A DNA stretch of 64,000 nucleotides, taken from assembly GCA_963422375.2 (NCBI GenBank), contig OY729427.2, positions 640,001 to 704,000 of the forward strand, read 5' to 3'. Both the position numbers and the translations under genes were made by a program. The notes beneath the pieces were generated by a model. The model made no database searches. It was not told where the DNA came from and was given only the letters and a program-made list of their open reading frames with translations. The stretch's first letter is position 1. Every line of letters starts with the position of its first letter. The stretch comes from Bryobacterales bacterium. GTDB lineage: Bacteria > Acidobacteriota > Terriglobia > Bryobacterales > UBA6623. Positions 31,501-40,524 of the stretch are shown in pieces.

Positions 31501-32489
31501 GGGTGATCGACAGCACGATCCGGAGCGGCGACTTCGAGGAAACGCAGGGACTGACCGACGAGTACTTGGCGCGCGTCGGGGCCGTCTACACCGAGGGCGC
31601 CGAGTGGGGAAAGTACGTGGACGGCCTCTACCGACAGGCGCTGGCAAACACAGAGGCGGTCTCGCTCAGCCGTTCCACCAATGTCGTCAGCCCGCTGACT
31701 CTGGACCACTACTTCGAATACCTCGGAGGCATGACCATGGCTGTCCGAGACACGACCGGGGTCTCGCCGGAAACGTATGTCACGGATGTCCGCGAGCCTG
31801 AGCGCGGGCGGGTCGAGACCGTCCAGGAATCGCTGGTGCGGGACTTGCGGGGCAAGTACTGGAATCCACTGTGGATCCAGGAACAGCAGCAAGAAGGCTT
31901 CTCGGGTGCGGTCGAGATGGCCCAGACCGCGACCAACCTGTTCGGCTGGCAGGTGACCAAGCCCGAGGCCGTCGGGGAGTACGTCTGGGACGAGGTGGAA
32001 CGCATCTACATCGAAGACTCCCTGGATCTGGCGCTTCCTCAGTGGTTCCATGCCGAGAACCCCTACGCCTATCAGAACGTCACGGCGGTCCTGCTGGAGT
32101 CCGCGCGCAAGGGCTATTGGGATCCCGACGCGGATGTGCTCCGCAGAGTAGCGAACGAGTACGCCCGGTCGGTGTCCGACCACGGGCCGGCAGGCGACTC
32201 GCGGACGGTCGACAACCGTGCGTTCCAGGAGTTCCTGCGCGAGCGCCTGGCCGCCCCCGGCAACATCGAGGGGATCGAGCTGACACGGATGTACGAAGAG
32301 GCTCTGGCCAAGAGCGCCGGCGCAAGCCACGCCCAGCTGGTGCAGGGACAGCGGCTCGTGCGCGAGGACGACAGTCCGGCACCGGAGCCGTCAAGCATCG
32401 CCGAGTACTCGGGCTGGCCCCTGGTAGCGCTGGCTCTGGTCGCTGCCGCGCTGGTCGTCGGCGCCAGGCGGCAGAACCGAAGGACCTAG
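28539..32489 (+). CDS. CobN/Mg-chelatase H family protein with N- and C-terminal TM segments (HmuS-like)
   Basis: PELDGAIEP, PP.HQYLA.Y.WL, YGTHGTHEFLPG, AKRR, RNP..LPTARN, LGRPRIDV, LFRD, DHYFEYLGG, NP.WI; TM segments at both ends. Confidence 0.93.
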   Translation: MRTGIRRRLVRWLGALAAVLFLTGGYVYHAMMPRILFLGIPPSQLFLLADASDATGIKFWFWSREKMDDQDLESADFSRYKAIFVSSRRMDPLTHAVRGGLKEAADNGAAVFFLPADTQDRFQATHADPAHVEQVSAYWEHSGPENIANLFRFVASRYLGDDLDFEGPEKTPEDGYYHPEAPDLMTSTAQFEDWCRATGRCRQGAPRVLLDFADGWRLGMTVGTSALLKAFETRGASVAAVFGSSKTPQFVREFRPDLLISRRHGRWHQGARGVALLENEFDIPVMRGASLLFSGETFEDYRQTKNGLRGVGLAMGAIIPELDGAIEPTLIEGMLAGWTGRRFEAVETERIDRLADRAMRWIGLRAKPNAEKRVAIVYVAGIGKGRITAASLNVPRSLIRFLEALRGAGYQVDGLPRDADALVAEMLRKGRNISEIQLGEIEELARSEDVTLIDQQRYAEWFETLPAALRAEVVAASGPPPGRFMTIERDGRRWFVIPKLVFGNVILMPQPARGANMDARLQHNDRVPPNHQYLAAYWWLQHEFKADALVNYGTHGTHEFLPGRPFGQLADDWSDITLGRMPNIYVYIMDNVGEALIAKRRGSAVIVDHQVPPIGAAALSESDPEIGEIYRAAEQFAGQEDGGVKERLRAQIRELGQARRLDEDLGFDWSSDLPTDDQVAELELHIHLINDDRIPLGLHVHSVSNSADEAAHLIASMLGDEYVRRVARQEFGLRQEGGTLWEKARARAVSHVQSALAGGPVAAALVPDLERARTLHAALEKTAREIPQTLHALEGGYVPPGAGGDPVRNPGALPTARNLYGINPQEVPTKAAWEIGVELARDLLEAEKQRLGRYPRKIGVTLWNTELIRHYGTDLAQILYLIGVRPVWDHRGIVADLELIPAKRLGRPRIDVVIQAASLFRDTFPDRMEFLDRAVRLALTAQDGDNYIADHVAETQLALKEIGLSPDDARLYAAARVFSNNVGGYGTGVIDSTIRSGDFEETQGLTDEYLARVGAVYTEGAEWGKYVDGLYRQALANTEAVSLSRSTNVVSPLTLDHYFEYLGGMTMAVRDTTGVSPETYVTDVREPERGRVETVQESLVRDLRGKYWNPLWIQEQQQEGFSGAVEMAQTATNLFGWQVTKPEAVGEYVWDEVERIYIEDSLDLALPQWFHAENPYAYQNVTAVLLESARKGYWDPDADVLRRVANEYARSVSDHGPAGDSRTVDNRAFQEFLRERLAAPGNIEGIELTRMYEEALAKSAGASHAQLVQGQRLVREDDSPAPEPSSIAEYSGWPLVALALVAAALVVGARRQNRRT

Positions 32490-32532
32490 CCGCCCCTTCC
32501 GCAATTCCATCTGCTTTCCGAGTTCCACAACC

Positions 32533-35424
32533 ATGTACAAGCGTAAGTTTATCCAGTTCGTGCTCGCCGCTACGTCCCTCGTGGCGAGCCTTCCGGCACT
32601 GCAGGCGCAGGGCATCACTGCGTCGCTGGGCGGCGGCGTCCTTGACCCGTCCGGCGCACCGGTGCCCGACGTCCGCGTCTCGCTCGCCTCCAAGGAGACA
32701 GGGGCCGTCGCCGAAGCGCTCAGCACGCGCGCGGGACTCTACCGCCTCAGCGGACTCGATACCGGGTCCTACAGCCTCGCGGCCGTGAAGGACGGTTTCC
32801 GCACATATCGAGCCGAGGATGTGGACGTGGTCTCCGGGCAGGAGATCATGCGCAATATCCGGCTGGAGATCGGACCGGTTTCCGACGAGGTGACCGTAGT
32901 CAGCGAGATTTCCGAGATCGAGCGCGTTGCGTCGAACGGTGTACGAGGAACGAGCTACACGCCGTCCGAGGTCAGCGGTGTCCCGATGCTCTCGAACAAT
33001 GTCGGCCGCAACTACCGCGCAATCAGCTACCAGACTCCCGGCGTAGGATTTGCGGACGGATCGCACGCGCCGTTCACCGTCAACGGCAGCCGGCCGATCG
33101 GCGCGATCAATACGATGGTCGACTCCGCCGAGTACAACGATCCGGTCTCCGGAAACCTCCTTGGACGCGGGCTGACCGAACAGCCGGTCTCGATGGAAAC
33201 CGTCGAGGCATTTGAAATGCAGACTGCGAACTTCAAGGCGGAATTCGGCCGCGCCTCGGGAGCCGTCGTCAACCTGGTTACCAAGCAGGGCGGCAACGAA
33301 TGGCATGGCTCGGCCTACCACTTCTTCCAGAACGAGGGGCTCAATGCGCGCAACGCGCTGCTTGCGGACCGCGCACCCCTGCGGCTTAACATGCCGGGAG
33401 TAACGCTCGGCGGCCCGGTCGCCAGCAAGAAGCTGTTCTTCTTCGGCGGCTACGAAATCGCCGCGCGGAACGCATACCGCGCCTCGTCCACCATACAGAC
33501 GTTGACGGCCGGCCAGCGCGCCGCCGCGGCTCCCAGCGTTCGCGCCCTGTTGCCGCTCTATCCGGAGCCGAATGTCGCCGGCACGAACCTCCACAGCGCA
33601 TCCGTCGCGAGCCCGCGCACCACGCAGACCGGCCTGCTGCGGCTCGACTACCAGATCAACGGGAGCCACCGCCTCACCGGGCGCGGCAACTGGGTCAACG
33701 CGATCGGGCCCACGCGCGCGCGCCTCAGTTCCGGCGACGCCCCGACCGACAACCTGTCCCGCTCCGGACTCGTGGGTCTCGAGTCCGCGCTCTCGCTGCG
33801 GCTGTTCAACCAGCTGCGCGGCACCTATTCGACATACTTCGCCCAGGTGACGCCGGGCACGCCCTCGCTGGGCGACCCCGCTATCAACGGCCAAGTCGGC
33901 GTCCTGCTTGTTACCGGCCTGCCGCGACTCGGGACGTTCATCCCCTTCACCCAGACGCGTTTCCACAATTTCACCTACTCGGACGACCTTACGCTCTACG
34001 CTGGCCGCCACACGCTGAAGGCGGGCTTCATCGGACGCCACATCCAGCACAACTCCACCAGCGACCGCAACTTCAACGGCCTGCTCATCTTCCCGTCGAT
34101 CGGGGCATTCCTGGGCGCGCAGCCACTTATCTACTCGCGTGCCGTCGGCCACTCCCGCATCGACCAGCGCAACAGCGAAATTGCGCTCTATGTCCAGGAT
34201 GACTGGCGCGTGACGCCGCACCTGACCCTCAACCTCGGCGTGAGGCACGAGGCATACGGCGTTCCCAGCGAGAAGCTCGACCGGCTGGGCCAGGAATACG
34301 ACTCCGATCTCAACAACGTCGCTCCGCGCGCCGCCTTTGCATGGGACGTCCGGGGACGCGGCGAGACGGTTCTGCGCGGGGGCTACGGCCTCTACTACAG
34401 TCCCTTGCAGATGGGCTTCATCGCGCAGTCCCGATTCGCTCCGCCGCTGGTGACAACGTTTTCCCGGTTCCGTCCCCGGTTCCCGAACCTGCTGGAGGGT
34501 GCCCTTATCGGCTCGGACGCCTTCGTGCTGGATCCCAAGCTGGTGAACCCCTACGTGCAGAACTGGAACCTCACCCTCGAGCGGCAGCTCTGGAACCCCG
34601 GATCCATCTGGAGTGCCGCCTACGTGGGAAACCGCGGATTGAAGCTTCCCCGCACGTCGCTGCCCAATGGCGGGGACAACCTCCCGCCCCACTTGCGTCC
34701 CGACCCCAGCAGGGGCCAGATCAGCTACCTGACCGGCGGGACGTCGTCGAACTACCATGCCCTGCAAACCTCGCTGCGAGCCAGGATGGGAAGCCGCCTG
34801 ACGCTCCGAGCCGCGTACACGTTCTCCCGCGCGATCGACGTCGCGTCCGACTCGGACGATGTCCCGACGGATCAGGGCAACTGGAATCTCGACCGCTCGG
34901 TCTCGGACTTCCATCAGCCGCACGTAGCGTCCGCAATCGGAAGCTACGAGCTGCCGTTCTTCGAGCGCAGCGCCTGGCTGGGAGGGTGGCGCCTGGGCGG
35001 ACTCCTCTGGGCCCGCAGCGGCACTCCGTTCTCGCTGCTGTCCAACACGAACACCCCGAACGGTTCCCTGATAAACCGCATTCACGACATCCCCTCGGCA
35101 ATCGATCGCACGGCGCGGGGCAGCAGCCGTTTCCGGCTCGCGCCGGGAGTCAGCGCGGAAGCCCTCCAGCCGGTAGCGGTAGCGGGCACGCTCGGGCGCA
35201 ACACCGAGCTCGCGCCGTCGTATGTCGACTTCCATGTGACGTTGCAGAAGCGCTTCGCGCTGACCGAGTCAGTCAGCATCCAGATCCGCGCCGAGGCCTT
35301 CAACCTCCTGAACCGGGTGAATTATGACCAGCCCGTCAATAGCCTCGGAGACGCTCGGTTCGGGCAGTCGGTGCAGGCGTTCGAGCCACGCCAGTTTCAG
35401 TTGGCAGCGAAGGTCGTCTTCTAG
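32533..35424 (+). CDS. TonB-dependent receptor (Oar-like, carboxypeptidase regulatory-like N-domain)
   Basis: Signal peptide; V.DPSGA; AEFGRASGAVVN.VTK.G.N..HG; YVQDDWRV; RAEAFN; C-terminal Phe. Confidence 0.93.
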   Translation: MYKRKFIQFVLAATSLVASLPALQAQGITASLGGGVLDPSGAPVPDVRVSLASKETGAVAEALSTRAGLYRLSGLDTGSYSLAAVKDGFRTYRAEDVDVVSGQEIMRNIRLEIGPVSDEVTVVSEISEIERVASNGVRGTSYTPSEVSGVPMLSNNVGRNYRAISYQTPGVGFADGSHAPFTVNGSRPIGAINTMVDSAEYNDPVSGNLLGRGLTEQPVSMETVEAFEMQTANFKAEFGRASGAVVNLVTKQGGNEWHGSAYHFFQNEGLNARNALLADRAPLRLNMPGVTLGGPVASKKLFFFGGYEIAARNAYRASSTIQTLTAGQRAAAAPSVRALLPLYPEPNVAGTNLHSASVASPRTTQTGLLRLDYQINGSHRLTGRGNWVNAIGPTRARLSSGDAPTDNLSRSGLVGLESALSLRLFNQLRGTYSTYFAQVTPGTPSLGDPAINGQVGVLLVTGLPRLGTFIPFTQTRFHNFTYSDDLTLYAGRHTLKAGFIGRHIQHNSTSDRNFNGLLIFPSIGAFLGAQPLIYSRAVGHSRIDQRNSEIALYVQDDWRVTPHLTLNLGVRHEAYGVPSEKLDRLGQEYDSDLNNVAPRAAFAWDVRGRGETVLRGGYGLYYSPLQMGFIAQSRFAPPLVTTFSRFRPRFPNLLEGALIGSDAFVLDPKLVNPYVQNWNLTLERQLWNPGSIWSAAYVGNRGLKLPRTSLPNGGDNLPPHLRPDPSRGQISYLTGGTSSNYHALQTSLRARMGSRLTLRAAYTFSRAIDVASDSDDVPTDQGNWNLDRSVSDFHQPHVASAIGSYELPFFERSAWLGGWRLGGLLWARSGTPFSLLSNTNTPNGSLINRIHDIPSAIDRTARGSSRFRLAPGVSAEALQPVAVAGTLGRNTELAPSYVDFHVTLQKRFALTESVSIQIRAEAFNLLNRVNYDQPVNSLGDARFGQSVQAFEPRQFQLAAKVVF

Positions 35425-35431
35425 CTTCGTG

Positions 35432-36640
35432 ATGCTGAGAGCACTGGTCCTGGCTGCGGCCGCCTCGGCCGGAATCGCAACGGGGGGAGACGCTTGGCCC
35501 GGCTTCCGAGGCGACGGCACAAGTCTGACTGCGGCCGGGGACCTGCCGGGCGAGTGGTCGGACGATTCGAACTTGGCGTGGACGGTCGACCTGGAGGGCT
35601 ATGGCCAATCGAGCCCCGTCGTCTGGAAGGACCGCGTGTACGTGACATCGGTCGAAGGGCCCAACAAGGAGCGGATCATCACTGGGGCCTATCGGCTCTC
35701 GGACGGAACGCGGCTCTGGGTCGACATCCGCGAGTCAACAAGCCCCGCCGAGGCCCATGAGCGCATGTCCAAAGCCGCTCCGACACCCGCGGCCAACGAA
35801 GCCGGCCTGTGGGTGTTCTTCGAAAGCGGCGACTTGATTGCATTCGGGCACGACGGCAGCGAGCGCTGGAAACGCTACCTCCCTAGGGCCGGAGACAGCT
35901 GGGTCGGCAACCACGGCCTCGGCTCGTCGCCACGACTCTCGGACGGGCGCCTGTTCCTTCACGCCGCCCCCTTCAAGGAGGGTCGGCTGTTCGCTATCGA
36001 TGCTGCCACCGGCGAGGATCTCTGGACACGCGACCTTCCCGCGGCCCCGTCCTTCTCGACACCGATAGCTGTCAGCCACGGCGGAACGGAACTCTTGCTG
36101 ACAACAGCCGGCGGCGGCGTTGTGGCATACGATGCCGCCGACGGAAGGGAAGCCTTCCGGCGCCCGGCGAGAGGCGGCCGGGGCTACGCCGTGCCGTCGG
36201 CCAGCCACGCGGGCGGCATCGTGGTGATTGCGTCTGGCGAGGCTGGCGGGACGCATTCGTTCCACCTCGACAGCCCGGGGGACACCCTCTGGACCGCTGG
36301 GAAGGCGACCACCGAGTTCAGCTCGCCGCTGTTGCAGGATGGCCGGGCGTACTTGGTGAACTCGGTCGGTGTCCTGTTCGAGCTGGATCTGGACACCGGA
36401 ACGGAGCTCTCCGCGCAGCGCTTGCCGTCGGGTTGCTGGGCTTCTCCCATCGCCTCCGGTACGAGGCTCTTCTTCTTCACTGTCGACGGCGACACCGTGG
36501 TACTCGACCAATCGAACGGGCAGGTCCTCTCGAGGAACCGACTCTCCACGAACGGAAGAGTCTACGGCGTTGCAGCGGTCAACGCCTCGTTCATCATTCG
36601 CTCGGGTCGGAGGCTCTGGCGGATCTCGCCGAAGCCGTAG
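35432..36640 (+). CDS. PQQ-binding-like beta-propeller protein (BamB-like family)
   Basis: Signal peptide, WPGFRG, GQSSPVVW, repeated A.DA.TG..W, SSP, WASP. Confidence 0.88.
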   Translation: MLRALVLAAAASAGIATGGDAWPGFRGDGTSLTAAGDLPGEWSDDSNLAWTVDLEGYGQSSPVVWKDRVYVTSVEGPNKERIITGAYRLSDGTRLWVDIRESTSPAEAHERMSKAAPTPAANEAGLWVFFESGDLIAFGHDGSERWKRYLPRAGDSWVGNHGLGSSPRLSDGRLFLHAAPFKEGRLFAIDAATGEDLWTRDLPAAPSFSTPIAVSHGGTELLLTTAGGGVVAYDAADGREAFRRPARGGRGYAVPSASHAGGIVVIASGEAGGTHSFHLDSPGDTLWTAGKATTEFSSPLLQDGRAYLVNSVGVLFELDLDTGTELSAQRLPSGCWASPIASGTRLFFFTVDGDTVVLDQSNGQVLSRNRLSTNGRVYGVAAVNASFIIRSGRRLWRISPKP

Positions 36641-36684
36641 GCCCTGCCAGGCGGTCCAGCCGAGCTCCGCGAGCCCGCCGACTC

Positions 36685-36970
36685 CGTCTCGGGAACGTAG
36701 ATCACCTCGCCGCTCTTTAGGCGATAGGCCGCGCCCAGCCCCGCGCTCGTCGCTGGACCGGAGGCGCTCGGTCCGCTCCCCTTGCTTGAGGATCATCTCC
36801 ACGTCAGGCTGGCCGGAATTGGTAACGACCGTAATGTCGCGCGTGCTCATGCGGGCCTCGGCCAGGCTGGCGCTCCCCGCCAAGGCTAGGATGAGGACCG
36901 CGACGAGGACCGTGCTGGCGTCGACGAGGCTCAGCCCCCCAAACGGGTCGCTGTCTTCCGCGGCGTCCAT
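36685..36970 (-). pseudogene. Degenerate inverted paralog of the DUF2149 gene
   Basis: MDAAEDSDPFGGLSLVDASTVLV..DITVVTNSGQPDVEMILKQG, then AYRLKSGEVIYVPE in a shifted frame. Confidence 0.8.
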
Positions 36971-37060
36971 AGCCGTGGCGGCGCGGCCCATCCAAGGCCC
37001 ATGCATTCTTGCCTCCTCGGTTTGTCTCTTTTTATTTCGTCTTGAAACCGTTTCTTATTT

Positions 37061-37685
37061 CGCCCATTCAACTCCGAAGTGCGACACGCGCCGAGCCACA
37101 AGATGGCAGGGAGGGGAGAGGGGGGGCAGCGACCGGTGGTGTCGCGGCAGTAGGCTGGTAGGTGCTGGAAGGAGCAGGGAGGCGGATGCGGAAGAGCTAC
37201 ACGCACGTGACGCAGGAGGAGCGCTGCCGGATGGAGACGCTGCGGGCGGCGGGCTGGGGAGCGGACAGGATCGCCGGGCAGCCGGGCCGCAAGCGGGCCA
37301 CGATCTACCGGGAAGTGGGCCGCAACGGCCGACCGGCGGAGGGCGAGCGCGCGGCGAGCTACAGCTTGGGGAGCGCGCAGGAGCGCGCGGAGCGGCGGCG
37401 GCGCGCGGCGGCGTGCCGGCCGCGCAAGCTGACGTCGGCGCTGCGGACGCGGAGCGAGGACTGCCTGCGGCGGGACTGGAGCCCGGAGCAGGAGCCCGGA
37501 GCAGGTCGCGGCGCGGCTGCAGTGGGAAGGGGCGCTGGAGATCAGCCCTGAACGGATCTACCAGCTGGTGCGCGCGGACCGGCGGCAGGGGGGCCGGCTG
37601 TACCGGCACCTGAGGCAGGGCGGCCGCAAGCGCGTCCGGCGGGTCGGCCGGACGGCGGGTCCCCCGCGGCCGCCGCTGCCCCGCC
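37061..37685 (+). mobile_element. Truncated IS30 copy (left TIR and transposase N-terminus)
   Basis: Begins CGCCCATTCAACTCCGAAGTGCGACACGCG; near-identical to the reverse complement of about 14200-14810. Confidence 0.9.
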
Positions 37686-37689
37686 GGGG

Positions 37690-38764
37690 TCCGTGCCCGA
37701 GGTGCCTCCGAGCGCGCGCCGGGCCTCGACGGCCGCCCGCAACGGGGCCGCGCGCCGCTCCGGCACTGCGTTCTTCTGCAGGCACGCCACGTACTCCAGG
37801 CCCTCGCGCTCGCCATAGGCCGGCAGCTCGTCCCCCTGGAAGCCCGCGTCCAGGCGCAGGCGCAGCGTCGCCCGCGGGAAGAATTCCCGCAGCTGCGGCA
37901 GCAAGCGGTCCAGCAGCGGCAGCAAGCCCTCCGCGGCCGCCGCCGTGCCCGAGCGCAGCAGCGCCGCCACGAGATGCCGCTCGCGCTCGTCGTCGAAGCG
38001 CACCGCGCCCACCAGCGGCAAGTAGCAATGCGTGTCGCAGGAGCCGTTGAACAGCGCCAGCTGCCGGCCCCCGTGCGTCGGCTCGCAGGTCGGGTCGAAG
38101 TCCAGCTCGACGATGCTCGTCTCGGGGCGCCGCTCGTGCTGGCGCCGCACGACGCAGCGGGCCGGTACCGCGGACAGCGCGCTCGGCGCGTCCGCGGTGA
38201 CGGCGTTCTCGAAGCGCGACAGGGTGGGCCGGGACGGCAGGTCGCGACCCTGCCAGGGGTCGCGCCCGAGCGGCAGCTTGAACACGGGGTCGCCGCCGAG
38301 GCGCCCGGCGTCGTTGCAGTCCTCCTAGCCGCAGGCGAGGCCGTGGATGCGCTGGCGGAGCATGTCCGCGAGGGAGTGGAGCACCTCGGAGGGCTGGCGC
38401 CGGTCGCGCAGGCAGCCGGCGAAGGCCGCGGTGAGGCCGGGAGCGCGGTCGGCGGCCTCGACCGGGACAGCGCCGCCGTCGGAGCTGCTGCGCTCGTGAT
38501 CGAAGCGGACGGCGACGGGGCGACGGCGCGGATTGCGGAACAGAACGCCTTGGGAGCCTGCGGCTGCGACCATGTATTCATTATAACCTACCGGATAAAA
38601 ACAATTTCAATATATAAACTTGGATCTCAATCGGACCGGGCCGGGGCTGCCGCCGGGTTCGCAGGGCACTCCTAGGAGTGAGGATCGCGCTGGACCGGGG
38701 GCCCTCACCGCCCGGGCGGAGGGACCGGACTATGGCCCTCCGGGCTACTCATGAATTATCCGGG
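37690..38764 (-). mobile_element. IS1380-family remnant (transposase pseudogene, C-terminal half lost)
   Basis: FD....SSDGG, L.D.R....V.HS, QRI..LACG*EDCND, PTLSRFEN, LDFD.T....HG, FNG..D..CYLPL, RLDAGF; putative end CCCGGATAATTCAT beside CTAG. Confidence 0.85.
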
Positions 38765-38919
38765 CTAGGCGGCGCGAGGCCGCGCCAATGGAACGGCGGC
38801 GGTACACGGCACGGACCGGGGGAGCGCGTTCAGTCCAGCGCGCACGACCTCGCCCTGTCCAGGACTGCCGGGCCGGAGCATGGCCTGCGGGGCGGCAGTC
38901 AGTCGCACGAGGCGCGGCT

Positions 38920-40500
38920 ATGTCAGGAATGTTGCCGAAACAGCTGGCATTTGCGCTCGTGGCGGCCGCGACGGTGTGCCCGGCAGCCGAGAGTTTCGAA
39001 GCCACCGCGCCGCTGCCGGTCTTCCGAGACGTGGCGGAGCAGGCGGGCGCTGCATAGAGCATCACGTGCCGCGACGAAACCACTCGGTCCCTGCTGGACG
39101 TCAACGGGCGGGATACCTGCTTCATTCGCTACAGCGGCGACGGGCACTTGGACATCCATCTCGCGAACGCCTCCTCTTGCAGCTTGAGCGCCGACGGCAG
39201 CGCCCCCTCGGACGACCTGTTGAGGAACCGAGGCGACGGCAGCTTTGAGAACACGGCGGCGGCCGGCCTCCGCGACACGAGCCGGTCCAGCGGCTGCGCT
39301 GTGGGCTACTACGACAATGGCGGCGACCCCGGCCTCGACCTCACGAACCGCGGGCGCAACCGCTGGCACCGGGGCGCTGCAGGGCGATTCCGGGACGTGT
39401 CCGAGGCGGCCGACATGAGGGGGCCGGCTTGGCATCCGTCGAGATGGAGCATCGGCGCGGCGTTCGCCGACATCGACAGCGACGGGGACCTGTATCTGTT
39501 CCTAGCCAATCTCGCGGCCTTCGATCTGGAGACGTCTCCCCCGCCTCCGACCAGGGACAGCGCCTGCAAGCTCAAGCGAGTACCGATCATGTGCGCACCG
39601 AAAAGCTACGATGGCCAGCGGGACCTGCTGTATATGAATGCGGGCGACCGCACGCTCCGCGACGCCAGCGCGACAGACGGCATGCTCCAAAGCGAGCCAG
39701 GCCAATGCTTCGAGGCGGTCGTCGCCGATTGCGACAGCGACCAAGAGCTCTGCTTGTCGAACGATTCCAAGCAGAACTTCTACTACACGGACGGGGGGAC
39801 GGCGGGTTCGAGGACGTGAGCCGGGAATCCGGCGGCATGGTTGACGAGCGCGGCGAACCCAAAGGCTCGATGGGCCCCACGGTCGGCGACTACAACAACA
39901 TCCGCCTCGATGGATTCCTCACGAACCTCGTGGAGCAGTCCAACACGCTGTAGGGGCGCGACAACGGCGACAAACTCTTTCTCGACCAGACGACCAGCCT
40001 CGGACTGGCCCCGATGGGCTTCAACTACTGGGGGTGGGGCACCAAGTTGCTCAGTTTCGACAACGACGGCGGGCTCGACCTGTTCGTCGCCAACGTCCCC
40101 ACCGAGGAGCGCCTCAAGCGCCGCTTCCCGGCGGATAGGTACGCCGAGCCGCGCTACCTTCTCCGCAACGATTCCGGCAGGCGCTTCTTGGATGTTTCGG
40201 ACCGGACCGGGCGGCGCGCCTTCAGCGATCGGGTGGGACGCGGGACGGCGTTCGCCGATTTCGACAACGACGGCGATTCCGACATCCTCGCCGTCAACAA
40301 GAACGACGTCCCGGCGCGGCTGCGCAGCGACGGGGGAACCGCCGCAACTGGCTGGCAATCCGCACGCGCGGCGCGCGGAGCAGCCGGGACGTCATCGGGG
40401 CGCGGGTGACAGTGACTGCTACCTGTCAGGCAACGACCTGCGGGTCCGCGCAGGCCGCGACTCCGCGCTGAACGCGAAATGGGCCTCGGGGCGTGACGCC
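38920..40500 (+). pseudogene. CRTAC1/FG-GAP family pseudogene
   Basis: FRDVAEQAG then TAG; LLRNRGDGSF, AFADIDSDGD, FDNDGGLDLFVAN, AFADFDNDGDSDI spread over frames with stops. Confidence 0.85.
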
Positions 40501-40524
40501 CCGAGGCCCGCGGCGCTCGGAAGG

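Noticed and set aside
28539..32489. Calling the gene cobN of B12 biosynthesis
   Set aside because: TM anchors at both ends, no cobS/cobT, and the ExbB/DUF2149/TonB receptor context argue against it
30138..35235. Long antisense ORFs (730 and 1051 aa) and similar shadows elsewhere
   Set aside because: Expected opposite-strand open frames in high-GC genes; no recognisable motifs
24734..38768. Composite transposon formed by the two IS1380-like ends
   Set aside because: Both ends point the same way on the + strand, so they cannot act as an inverted pair enclosing the operon
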